A DNA stretch of 59,313 bases, filler included, from Squatina squatina (taxonomy: Eukaryota): assembly GCA_031763465.1 (NCBI GenBank). It is 3 parts of 3 records of this genome, joined end to end, with 100 filler letters (N's around TTAATTAATTAA, not from the genome) between each part and the next. Parts side by side here need not be neighbours in the genome. Positions count along the whole stretch, not along the records: positions 24,095 to 43,494 come from JARFOE010000192.1; 2 more parts are not named here. One strand, 5' to 3'. The position numbers and the translations under genes are program-made. The notes below the pieces were generated by a model that saw only the letters and a list, made by a program, of their open reading frames with translations, was not told the DNA's origin and did not search any database. How positions within the stretch are numbered: the first letter of the stretch is position 1; the number at the start of each line of letters is the position of its first letter. Shown in pieces: positions 27,342 to 37,709 of this stretch.

Positions 27342-28520
27342 TTAATTCTGTTTTGCCTTTTTAGCATCACAGCATTGCTCAGCTGGACAGAAAGACAAAT
27401 GGCCATATCTCAGATTAACCTTTCTGTGCACTCAATTATAATTTAGGGGAAGCTGCTGTGTAAGTACAATCTAGTTGTAGTTCTGCCGTTCATCAGAAGG
27501 TCAATTACTTTGGGCAGGAAGTCACGTTTGTTGGGGCCAGGCAAAGCACCAAGGAGAGTCAGTGGTGCCATTTTCATTATTTACTAATTGTTACTGATGG
27601 AGAATGGAAATGTTCAGGTCCATTAGTGCTGACCCCTGGCATTGTCATCCCACTTTAAAACATTTTATTGACAGAAGATGAATAATAGGATCTTTGCAGT
27701 TTGGTGGGTATGCGAATAACATTAGGAATTATATAAAACTGCAGATACAGTGTCTTCTGATGCCCTCAATAAACTCTCTACTCAACAACCCACCTATCAC
27801 AATAAAGAAGAGTGGAGTTTAAATAGGGAATTTTTTTTTTTTTAAGGGAGGGAAATTGGTCTGGAGAGGGGCCCTGATCTTTCCTTTTAAACAGAGAATT
27901 GCCATTTCCAGTGCAATTGAACCCAGCCCAATAGGATGGGCAGCTACTTTCTGGTGGTTGTAAAGAGGCAGTAGTGACGAGTTCTTGAGAGCAATTTCAC
28001 CCCAAGCTTTTAGCTGGTGAGTTTCGTGATAAGAGCCTTTATTACACATTGAAAACTTGGCCAGAAAAGATGGCTGAAGTGCAAAAATAGAAGTGGCACA
28101 CTGGTGCAGTATGAGGTAATCCTCCAAGGCTGGGGGGATCTTTATGCAACAATAGAAATTGCTCTTTCATTTTGTGTTGCGCAAATAGCTAGGGTTTAAT
28201 AATGGAGGCTGCTCTCAATACTACGCAAAATGGTGGGCCAGAAACACTCCATGTGTGTTAACCAGAGTTAATTAGCTGATAAAAAGATCCTTTCGGCTGA
28301 GGTGGGAGGAAAACTTGAATGAAGTGTTGATAGATGCTGCACTTGCCAGACAAAATTCTAATTTCCAATTGGCACATGTGGAAATTAAGCAGGTTGGTAT
28401 GATGCAGAAGCCAATAGTTACAAGCTATTACCCACTGTATCAAGACTGTTGTCACTTTTTGTTGCCTGATTATTTCAAGGGGATTGTTTTGACCCTATAC
28501 TTTGTCAGGGTACTGTTCAA

Positions 28521-28834
28521 CGTCTTTCAGATGAGACGTTAAACTGAGGCCCCGTCTACTCCCTCAGGCGAACGTAAAAGATTCCATGACACTATTTTGA
28601 AGAAGAGGAGAGTTATCCCTGGTGTCCTGACAAATATTTATCCCTCAATCAACATCTAAAACAGATTATCTGGTCATCATCACATTGCTGTTTGTGGGTG
28701 CTTGCTGTGCGCAAATTGGCTGCCGGGTTTCCTACATTACAACAGTGACGACACTCCAAAAGTACTTCATTGGCTGTAAAGCACGTTGGGATGTCCTGTG
28801 GTCATGAAAAGTGTGATAAAATGCAAGTCTTTTT
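28521..28834 (+). mobile_element. SacSINE1/AmnSINE1-type DeuSINE (Deu domain plus 3' tail)
   Basis: gtctttcagatgagacgttaaactgaggccccgtct...atcacattgctgtttgtggg..cttgctgtgcgcaaattggctgcc...aagtacttcattggctgtaaagc...aaatgcaagtc matches the recalled Deu-domain consensus. Several other copies occur in the window. Confidence 0.88.
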
Positions 28835-29391
28835 ACATGCCTGAGAGTAAGGTACACACAGTTCACCGGTATAAAACAATGGCAGTTTTACATTCCCCTG
28901 GCTGCCTGCTACAGGAGGCCCCGTGCTATGGGAGCTGGCGGCTGGGCAATCAGTGTAAACCCAGCTTTATACACCTTCCACTGTGGAAGCTGATTCCTGT
29001 TGTGGTGGATTTGGCAACACCGGAATAAATCTGGCACACAAACAGTCCTCAAAATTCACGGTGACAATGTTACCATTCTGGCCGCAGGTATTCCTCACTG
29101 TCCAGGGTGGTCAGCACATCTTAAAAGGTCATTGCTAGCCTGAACAGGCAGGTGGTGGCCTCGGCCTCCCCACAGTCAGAACGGAGGCAGCACTGATGGC
29201 AAGCAACGGCCATTTGCTTCTATCGCCAGTGCCACTTGGCTTCTGGGGATAGGCAATGTAAGCACTCCACAACATGCATTGTTCCTGCCCTNNNNNNNNN
29301 NNNNNNNNNNNNNNNNNNNNNNNNNNNNNNNNNNNNNNNNNNNNNNNNNNNNNNNNNNNNNNNNNNNNNNNNNNNNNNNNNNNNNNNNNNN

Positions 29392-29490
29392 AAGGGCAGG
29401 GGAAGTGGGACTAGCTGAATTGCTCTTGCAGAGAGCCGGCACAGGCTCGACGGGCTGAATGGCCTCCTGTGCTGCAACCATTCTATGAAA
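29392..29490 (+). mobile_element. CR1-type 3' UTR/tail (related copy at 44549-44730)
   Basis: gggcaggggaagtgggactag...gccggcacaggctcgacgggctgaatggcctcctgtgctg..attctatga; typical CR1 3' stem-loop and TTCTATGA tail. Confidence 0.8.
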
Positions 29491-29941
29491 TCATTCACCC
29501 AGAAGATTCATCCTCTGACTTTGTTTAATTTAAACAGCACTGCCTGTTTAATAAGAAATTACATATAACAGAATAAGCTGACATTTAACAAAGCAAGATA
29601 TATTTCTACCCCAATAGAACAAGATTTACTGGAATAATTTTTCATATTATTTGTGCAACAGCTTAATTTTTGTTTCAAACTGAATTTTGATAGTGCATTG
29701 GTGCCACCTACTGTTTATCATGAAAATGTCAAGGATCTTTCCTGTCTGTGATAACCAGCAGGAATTCAGTTTTAGTTTTATCATGTGGTGTGACTGCAAT
29801 ATTTAAAATTGTTAGTGAAAAGCCAATGCTGAAAATAAACTTCTACAAAGATAATATTAGTTTCAAAAAGTTCCCAAAAATTCTTATTCATTCTGTCTGC
29901 AGTTGCAATTTGCCAATCTATTCATTTGTTTTTTTTTCTAG

Positions 29942-30150
29942 TGCTCTGTGGCGGAGTGTTCAATGCTACCAACACGCCTCAGACCATTACATCTCCTGGT
30001 TATCCGCATGATTATCCGCCCCTCACCACGTGTCACTGGACCATTGAAGCTCCTACACAGGAACAAATCAGAGTGACAGTACAGGAATTCAATTTACCAG
30101 CCAACCCAAACTGTACTCTGGATTACCTGGAGATTAAAGACTGGCCAGCG
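29942..30150 (+). CDS. CUBN: Cubilin internal exon, N-terminal part of the third-from-last CUB domain (about CUB25)
   Basis: Poly-T tract + ag (29940-29941), donor GCG|gtcaga; 209 nt, phase 1/0. Translates LCGGVFNATNTPQTITSPGYPHDYPPLTTCHWTIEAPTQEQIRVTVQEFNLPANPNCTLDYLEIKDWPA; matches recalled cubilin CGGTYNATWTPQNISSP. Confidence 0.95.
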
Positions 30151-30884
30151 GTCAGACAGATATTCAACTATATTAACGTAACATATACATAGTGCACTAT
30201 TCAGGATTCAGGGAAGAACTAACTTCATCAGCCTGAGCCCATACGCTCTCATAAAATCTTTGCATTTAGGAAAAGTTTTATTTACGCAACATGTTTGTAA
30301 TTTCTCCTTGTGGCATTTTTTTCTCCCCTATTCTGTTTTCTTAAAAGTGTTCTTTTATGGATAGGATATNNNNNNNNNNGTCACTTTTTTGAGGCAGAAA
30401 GTCTTCTGTTTGGCTTGCCATGTTGAAAATAAAAATCAAAATGGGCAGAAAAAAAAAACAATGGAGAGAAACTGCAAATAACGTGAACTAAATGTTTCCT
30501 AAATACAGCTTTTTCATAAATTTACAGACAAGCTGCCCTCACCTCGGCTTCCCCCAAAATCTCAGGTTTCATGGGCGCTTTAGAGCATGAGGCAGTTCCA
30601 AGTGAGTTATGGCATGGATTTGGTGCAGGGTAAAGCCCATTCTATTCTGCTCCAACCTCGGAGAAGTGCAATTTACTGTACGAGTCGGGTATTTTCATGT
30701 TTCATCAGACCTCTCTGAGCAAGTGTCAGTTAGTGCTCAATTATGGTCAGCTTTTGATAATTTTGTATTTAGACCACCCAAGTTCATATACTTAACAACA
30801 CCAAGGAAAGGAGAACATCCGTCATATCAGTCTGGGATGGATTTGAACCCAAGTATCATAGGTCAGAGAAGAAAGAAAGGAAAC

Positions 30885-31345
30885 AAGAAAACTTGCATTT
30901 ATATAATACTATTCATGCCCTCAGGATCTCTGAAAGTGCTTAAAAGTCAACGAAATACCCTCTTGAAATGTAGTTGCTGTTGTTATATAGGGAAAAATGG
31001 CATCCAATTTGCATACAACAAGGTCCCACAAATAGCAAGTGACATAAGTGACTAGTAAACCTGTTCTTGTGGTGTTGGTTGAGGGATGAATGTTGACCAG
31101 GACATCAGGAGAATTCCTTACTCTTCTCAACTAGTGCCAAGGGATCTTTTCAATCCACCTGACGAGGTAGCTGGGCTTCACTTTAGCATCTCATCTGAAA
31201 GACAGCACTTCTGATAATCAGCATTCTCTTCAGTGATGCACTGAAGTGACAGTCCAGGGATATGACCAAATCCTGAAGTGAACCTTTGAATCCACAATCA
31301 TCTCATTTATCAGCAAGGGTGCTACCACGGAGCCAAGGCTGACAC
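30885..31345 (-). mobile_element. Diverged near-full-length DeuSINE copy
   Basis: Reverse complement of the 28521 copy: acttgcatttatata...caaggtcccacaaatagcaa...gttgagggatgaatgttgaccaggaca...catctcatctgaaagac, plus a tRNA-like head. Confidence 0.8.
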
Positions 31346-32271
31346 TACTGCACTNNNNNNNNNNNNNNNNNNNNNNNNNNNNNNNNNNNNNNNNNNNNNN
31401 NNNNNNNNNNNNNNNNNNNNNNNNNNNNNNNNNNNNNNNNNNNNNNNNNNNNNNNNNNNNNNNNNNNNNNNNNNNNNNNNNNNNNNNNNNNNNNNNNNNN
31501 NNNNNNNNNNNNNNNNNNNNNNNNNNNNNNNNNNNNNNNNNNNNNNNNNNNNNNNNNNNNNNNNNNNNNNNNNNNNNNNNNNNNNNNNNNNNNNNNNNNN
31601 NNNNNNNNNNNNNNNNNNNNNNNNNNNNNNNNNNNNNNNNNNNNNNNNNNNNNNNNNNNNNNNNNNNNNNNNNNNNNNNNNNNNNNNNNNNNNNNNNNNN
31701 NNNNNNNNNNNNNNNNNNNNNNNNNNNNNNNNNNNNNNNNNNNNNNNNNNNNNNNNNNNNNNNNNNNNNNNNNNNNNNNNNNNNNNNNNNNNNNNNNNNN
31801 NNNNNNNNNNNNNNNNNNACCACGGAGCCAAGGCTGACACTACTGCACTGACACTGCTGAGCCAGGCTGGCACTGCGGTGTACTCAGCTTCTGTACCATC
31901 CAGTTCCCTCGACTGCTTACTTTTAATTTACTCGTATATTCTCAGTTAGAGCCAGGAGCGTCTGATACAACATCCGAGAATAATTTGGCTTTATACTTTA
32001 CACCAGGTATAGTAAAATTCTTTCTGGCCTTCATGGGAAAAAAAAGGAGAGATTTTGATATTTTCAATAGAATCAGTACAGAGATTTCACAAGACTTTAG
32101 TGATACCATGAAATTATGTCTGTGAGGGGATGACTGGATTGCTGCAGTCTTGTCAAGACAAATATTTTAAATGTCATCAGGAACTGGGGCTCAGCTGGAG
32201 CAAAAACAATGTTTCATGGATTTTAACCTTTTACATTTATGTTTAAAATTATAAATTTTTTCTCATCTCAG

Positions 32272-32416
32272 GGTGATTTTGGGCAGATTCATCGATTCTG
32301 TGGTTCCAATCTAACTGCCCCAGATTTCTATTCATATGGCCGCTCAATTAAGATTGACTTCACATCAAAGGTATACCAGAGTGGAAATAAATTCCAGCTA
32401 ATGTACGAGGTTGCAG
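32272..32416 (+). CDS. CUBN: Cubilin internal exon, C-terminal part of the same CUB domain
   Basis: Acceptor tctcatctcag, donor GCAG|gtaaat; 145 nt, phase 0/1, in frame with the previous exon. Translates GDFGQIHRFCGSNLTAPDFYSYGRSIKIDFTSKVYQSGNKFQLMYEVA. Confidence 0.95.
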
Positions 32417-33154
32417 GTAAATCCTTGGCTCTTCTCCACATCCCTAATAATGCATTCTGTCATTTTCCCTACTACTGATGTCAGGTTCCGAACTAATGAT
32501 GCTAGTAAGCCAGCATATGGTGGACAAGGTTCTCTGTTCAATGGTTTGAGCTTGGTATCGGTTACTTAGATATTGGGCAAGTAAAAGCACCTGTTTTGTA
32601 GAAGACTTCAGGTCTACTTACAGGAATGGATGGTGAAGCCATACCCAAGTAGAACATTTAGCATAAATCCACAAGATTTAATAGCATTCACCAATGGACA
32701 GCCTTGCATGGTCATTCTAGTCTGTATATGACCATGTATAATTTAACATAGTCAACGTACAGAGGAGTAGTGAACTTTCTTTCCAATGTGAATATAAAAC
32801 AATTGGATGGAATCATGGATAGGCACAGCTTTTGCACCAGCTCCATTGTAGAATGATGAGCCTGGCTACATTCATAGAAACATAGAAAATAGGTGCAGGA
32901 GTAGNNNNNNNNNNNNNNNNNNNNNNNNNNNNNNNNNNNNNNNNNNNNNNNNNNNNNNNNNNNNNNNNNNNNNNNNNNNNNNNNNNNNNNNNNNNNNNNN
33001 NNNNGCCAGATGGTAGAAAGCATGGGTTTGATGTGTGAAAATGGCCTTTGGTCATTTCATGCTTTATTACTTCTTGTTCTTTATGTATTATTTGATCTGT
33101 AAGAACACACATTGCATTTGTACTCACAGTATCTTATCCTCTCTTTTCTTATAG

Positions 33155-33262
33155 GAAAGTAACATTGCTCCTTTCACTTCTGCATCTTACCGTGTGTTTG
33201 TGAAATTCCATGCTGAATATTCAGTTATGCCCTCTGGATTCAGAATTACATGGACCAGTTAG
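33155..33262 (+). CDS. CUBN: Cubilin last coding exon (end of final CUB domain plus stop)
   Basis: Acceptor ctcttttcttatag; 108 nt, phase 0. Translates ESNIAPFTSASYRVFVKFHAEYSVMPSGFRITWTS*, colinear with the recalled human C-terminus [35 protein letters not shown]. Too short to appear in the ORF track. Confidence 0.95.
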   Translation, partial: ESNIAPFTSASYRVFVKFHAEYSVMPSGFRITWTS

Positions 33263-33272
33263 TTATGTGAGG

Positions 33273-33278
33273 AATAAA
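33273..33278 (+). terminator. Candidate CUBN polyadenylation signal AATAAA (others at 33645 and 33852)
   Basis: Canonical hexamer 10 nt after the TAG, followed by T/GT-rich sequence. Which signal is used cannot be told from DNA. Confidence 0.4.
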
Positions 33279-35142
33279 TTAATACTTAGAATATAGAGTA
33301 GAATGCTAATGTTTTACTTCACTTAAATTGTTAGTTTATAAATTATGATATAGTACAGTGTGACTTTTGTAGTGACCAAAGATGGGAGCACCTGAAATTG
33401 CCAAATTAGTCCGTAAATCTTACTTTGCAACAGTTGTAAAAGTGTAAATAATTGTTAATGTGTAGAAAAGCCAGGACATTTTTAATAGCCTCAGCTGTTT
33501 CTAGAATATTATGCTAAGGAACAGAAGGAGAAAGATTTGTCATTGTAAAGATGAGGTTAGTATGAGAGAGAATAGACTGGAGGAAACAGAGAATTACAGA
33601 AAGTTAGATACAGAGGTCAGAAGTACATACATAGGACTAATGGGAATAAAGGAAAGTGAATGTTGTAAAGTTAACTGGTAAATAATTTGTGAAAGGAGGA
33701 GAGCGCATGTCACAGATAGTTTGGTTACAATGGAATTAAGTATTTGTGGTGATAATTTGGTATTAATGGGAGAAAAAAAATTGTTTATTGCTGGCATGAT
33801 AAAGAAGACCTGCTTTATTCTCTGGAATCCATGAACAGAATGTAAAATTGTAATAAATTTTGCCTCCATGCTGGTGTAGAGTGTGTTANNNNNNNNNNNN
33901 NNNNNNNNNNNNNNNNNNNNNNNNNNNNNNNNNNNNNNNNNNNNNNNNNNNNNNNNNNNNNNNNNNNNNNNNNNNNNNNNNNNNNNNNGCGTGGGAACAT
34001 CGTTCCCACCCAGGGAGATCGCAATTTCAGGGCCACTGTGTTTTCTCCTCATTTCCCATTTTATAAAAAGGTGCACAGCGCATCTCAGAGGAGAAAAGGG
34101 GAAATTTTGACATGAAACACTAACACTGACTAAAATAGGCCCTACAACATATTGCACTCAAAGCAACATTTGCAGGAATCATGCAAAAGGGGTTCCCCAC
34201 CCTATTTCTCAAACTATGGTCACACATTCCATACCAGCAGGACCCAGACTGCTGGCCAGAAAATGAACCCTATGGTTTTCTGTGGCCACTTAGTGCAATT
34301 GGATTCTCTGAAACTTCCCATTTCAGAAACAGGCATTGCTGTGATTTTGTTAGCTGATAATGAATTATTAAGAATGACATACATTACTTCCAATTTTTTT
34401 GAACAGAGGAATGTACATCCCTTTGTGCTTGTTACAGAGATGAACGCAATCCCAGTCTACGTCATGTACCGAGAGTGAATTATTACATTATTATCACACT
34501 TAGGAGTTGTTCATTAATAGGAAATGAGCAGATTCTCCAGGAATTCATAAAAAACAAAATATTACATAGAGGCACAGTTATAAATTAGTATAAATATTAA
34601 ACATTATCATAAATATTTTATATCCTGTTATTTATATTGCATTCATTGGGTTCCTTACTTGTGTGTCAGTGGACATGTTTATTTTTCCTTTCCCACAGGC
34701 TACAGAGCTGGAATCTGGATCTTTCCTTAAAGGAGAAGCAGAGTTCCTGGAATGTACTAAGACTGTGCACAGGCAAAGAAAACCTCGAGCAAAACATACC
34801 CATACGCACATTTACAATATATAAAAATAAGGACACATTGTATGACTTTAAAATGGGCACTTCATTACACCTGCATGCCCTGGTCCAATTATCCTATGCC
34901 CTTTAATTCACTTCTATGGGGACTATGCTTGATCTTGAGCCCTGGGGGTAGATTCTGACTTTGTGCAATAGTGTAAAATGGGTGATAGCGAGTTGGCAGC
35001 CCGTTTTACATCTCACCCGATTGTTATAGCAATTGACTTCATNNNNNNNNNNNNNNNNNNNNNNNNNNNNNNNNNNNNNNNNNNNNNNNNNNNNNNNNNN
35101 NNNNNNNNNNNNNNNNNNNNNNNNNNNNNNNNNNNNNNNNNN

Positions 35143-35430
35143 ATCTTTCCATCAGGCACTTTACAGCTTTCTGGACTCAACGTCAATTTCAACAATTTCA
35201 GAGCATAACCTCTGCCTCTATCTTTTTCCCATAACAGCTGATGATTTTGCTATATTCATCTACATCTCTCCTCGACGCATCTTTTGTTTCTTTACGTGTC
35301 CCATTACCGTCTCCTTTTGCTTTGTACAATCATACCTTTTGTCAGTTAATCCCTTCTGCCTCCCACCTTATCGTAGACATTCCCTTTTGTTCTTCTTTCC
35401 CACCTTTCCCTGCCCCTGCTTAAAATCTGA
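35143..35430 (+). mobile_element. Penelope-like element, 3' end of ORF and downstream region
   Basis: IFPSGTLQLSGLNVNFNNFRA* resembles the GIY-YIG C-terminal motif I..LGTLQP.GLN, followed by a pyrimidine-rich tail. Confidence 0.75.
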
Positions 35431-35607
35431 TACATTAAAAATCTTTATTCGTAGGTTCATTAATGACATTGGGATCACCTCCGACCCCACCCCCTCAAAA
35501 AGACCTCACAATGTAACATTGAACACGCTGTTATATTGTCNNNNNNNNNNCCACTGAACCAATGGTTACAAACTACGTCTACGGACTATCAGTGGTGCTG
35601 CAAATCC

Positions 35608-35910
35608 CTTTGATTGGCTGGCATTGGGCTGCAGTGATTGGATGGTGAGGGTGATTGACAGCTCGACGTACCCGTCCCGCCTTTGATTGGCTGGCATGGG
35701 CTGCAGTGATTGGATAGTGAGGGTGATTGACAGCTCGGCGTGCCCGTCCCGCCTTTGATTGGCTGGCATGGGCTGCAGTGATTGGATAGTGAGTGTGATT
35801 GACAGCTCGGTTTGTCCTTCCCTCCTTTGATTGGCTGGCATGGGCTGCGGTGATTGGATGGTGAGGGTGATTGACAGCTCGGCGTGCCTTTCCCTGCGGT
35901 GATTGGCTGC
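35608..35910. repeat. 72-bp tandem repeat, 4 full copies plus a partial
   Basis: Units start at 35608, 35681, 35753 and 35825. Consensus CTTTGATTGGCTGGCATGGGCTGCAGTGATTGGATRGTGAGGGTGATTGACAGCTCGGCGTGCCCGTCCCGC. Confidence 0.97.
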
Positions 35911-36005
35911 TCTTGCTGTTCCACAACTGCTGGAGGAAATGTCCTTTTAAAGATAAGGCGTTAGTAAATACAGGAATTCTTCTGCTCTGACAGAGTCCTT
36001 CCGGT
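35608..36005 (+). promoter_or_regulatory. Putative RSU1 promoter: clustered inverted CCAAT boxes, four TGATTGACAG decamers, GC-box-like CCCGCC and an ETS-type CTTCCGG
   Basis: TGATTGACAG at 35652, 35724, 35796 and 35868; nine TGATTGG; CTTCCGG at 35998-36004. Lies directly upstream of a splice donor and the RSU1 ATG exon. Confidence 0.75.
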
Positions 36006-36047
36006 TGGGTGTGATCTGAGCTTTGGAGGATCCTGCTGGAGTTCCAG
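35980..36047 (+). other. RSU1: Putative non-coding first exon of RSU1 (5' end approximate)
   Basis: Donor CCAG|gtaaaa at 36047/36048 just after the ETS motif. It gives a 288-nt intron to an acceptor 3 nt before the ATG, so an upstream non-coding exon is required. Confidence 0.6.
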
Positions 36048-36338
36048 GTAAAAAGCACAGAAGTTGCCGTTAACGGGTGTTTTATCTTGTCTTTAATTCC
36101 CTTTCTCAGGACGGTTTAAATTGACTGCAGAGCAAGGTTAGAACAAAGTGGCTTGTTTTTCAACTGTGGGGTTAAAACAAATAGATCGCCAGAGGCCCTG
36201 GTCGCAACAAGCATCCAAGTTGTTTATAGTTAAACTTCAAACTTTTCAGCACTTTGGTTCCTGGTTTACCTTTTGTCAATGCAGCAAACGTGCTGTGATT
36301 TCGAGTAATGGGGTGTTTACTTTCTTTCGCTGTAGAAA

Positions 36339-36447
36339 ATGTCGAAATCGCTGAAGAAAATAGTGGAAGAATGCAAGGAAAAGAACCAGGCAGACCTGGA
36401 TTTGTGTGACAGGGGAATCTCCAGTATGCTGGATATCTCGGGACTCT
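36339..36447 (+). CDS. RSU1: Ras suppressor protein 1, first coding exon (exon starts at 36336)
   Basis: Acceptor tttctttcgctgtag|AAA ATG. Translates MSKSLKKIVEECKEKNQADLDLCDRGISSMLDISGL + 1 nt, then GT at 36448 before a gap. Near-identical to recalled human MSKSLKKLVEESREKNQPEVDMSDRGISNMLDVNGL. RSU1 follows CUBN in vertebrates. Confidence 0.96.
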
Positions 36448-37429
36448 GTNNNNNNNNNNNNNNNNNNNNNNNNNNNNNNNNNNNNNNNNNNNNNNNNNNN
36501 NNNNNNNNNNNNNNNNNNNNNNNNNNNNNNNNNNNNNNNNNNNNNNNNNCTTTCCCTTTCCCTTTCCCTTCTGGGGTGGGGGGGGGTTGGCCTTTCCCCT
36601 CCCGGGGGTTGGGGTGGTGGGGGGGGTGCGGGTGTGCTTTCCCCTCCCGGTGGGCCTTTCCTTTCACATGGTGCCAAGTACATCTTGTAGTTTTTATACA
36701 GTTACAGAAATTGTTCACTTACTAAAATTTAAGTTTACTTTTTTATTTTTTATCTTTTGAGTGTCAATTACCTAATCTAAAACGGGGTTTATTAGTTATC
36801 TGAGTTTTTGAGGCACTACTCTGTACTATTTATCTCCCGCTGTTGCTCACCAAAAATGGTCTATGGAGTGAGTTAGTAGTATTGAACTTTTACTGCGCTA
36901 TTAATAGTATTTGACAGTTTAGCCCAAGGGTATCATTGTGAAATCTGTGATAGATCTGTCAGTACAGAATTGAAAATGAAAACCTTTTTAAACTGGCTAC
37001 TCTGTAATTAACCCTTGGAGTCCTAGAAATTCTAAAGTATATTGTATCCCTTGGTTTGCTATTTAAAAAGAAAAAAATCATCTCAAACCTCTTGAGTGCA
37101 AAAAGGGAATTACTGGAGTAATAATGTACATATGCATGCCAATACAAATTAATGGTTTTAAAAGACTATTTTTGTTCATCGCTTTCCCTCCTACCACTGT
37201 CAAACCATTTTGGAGCTAGAATCCTATCGGACCTCACCCTGATTTTGTTTCGATCTTGTGTTCTGCCAAATGAGGCTGATTTTTCCCCGTTTGCTCGGAG
37301 TATGTAGAATGAGATACTTCAGTGGCAGCTTAAGTAGAGTAATTTGAAACAAGATTTTGTCAACAACATAGGGCAATAGGGTCTGGGAATAAAGAGGGGA
37401 GGTAGATATTAATGCTTCCTCCATAGCTG

Positions 37430-37709
37430 TTTGGTTCAGTAGTCATAATCTTGCCTCTGCATCAGAAAATTGTGGGTTCAAGCCCAAGTGCAGGATTTGA
37501 CCTTTTAAGTGCTGTATTAGAGGTGTTATCTTTCAGATGAGATGTTAAACTGAGGTCCATCAGCCTGTGCAAGTGGACGCACTATTCAAAAGACCAGGGA
37601 AATGCTCCCAGTGCCTGGCCAACATTTATTCCTCAACCAACACCACCAAAAACAAATGAACTAGCTGCTGCATTTGGCTGCAAAACAGTGACAACATTTC
37701 AAAAGTAAT
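37430..37709 (+). mobile_element. DeuSINE copy with tRNA-derived head
   Basis: B-box-like gggttcaagccc, then tctttcagatgagatgttaaactgagg...cctggccaacatttattcctcaaccaac; internally deleted. Confidence 0.8.

Noticed and set aside
30609-31055. 148-aa gap-free ORF
   Set aside because: Runs antisense through SINE fragments inside a CUBN intron; no protein similarity recognised.
35566-36058. Three overlapping minus-strand ORFs with repeated peptides; the array also looks superficially CRISPR-like
   Set aside because: They are a by-product of a 72-bp (multiple of 3) tandem repeat. The units lack unique spacers, there are no cas genes, and the context is vertebrate.
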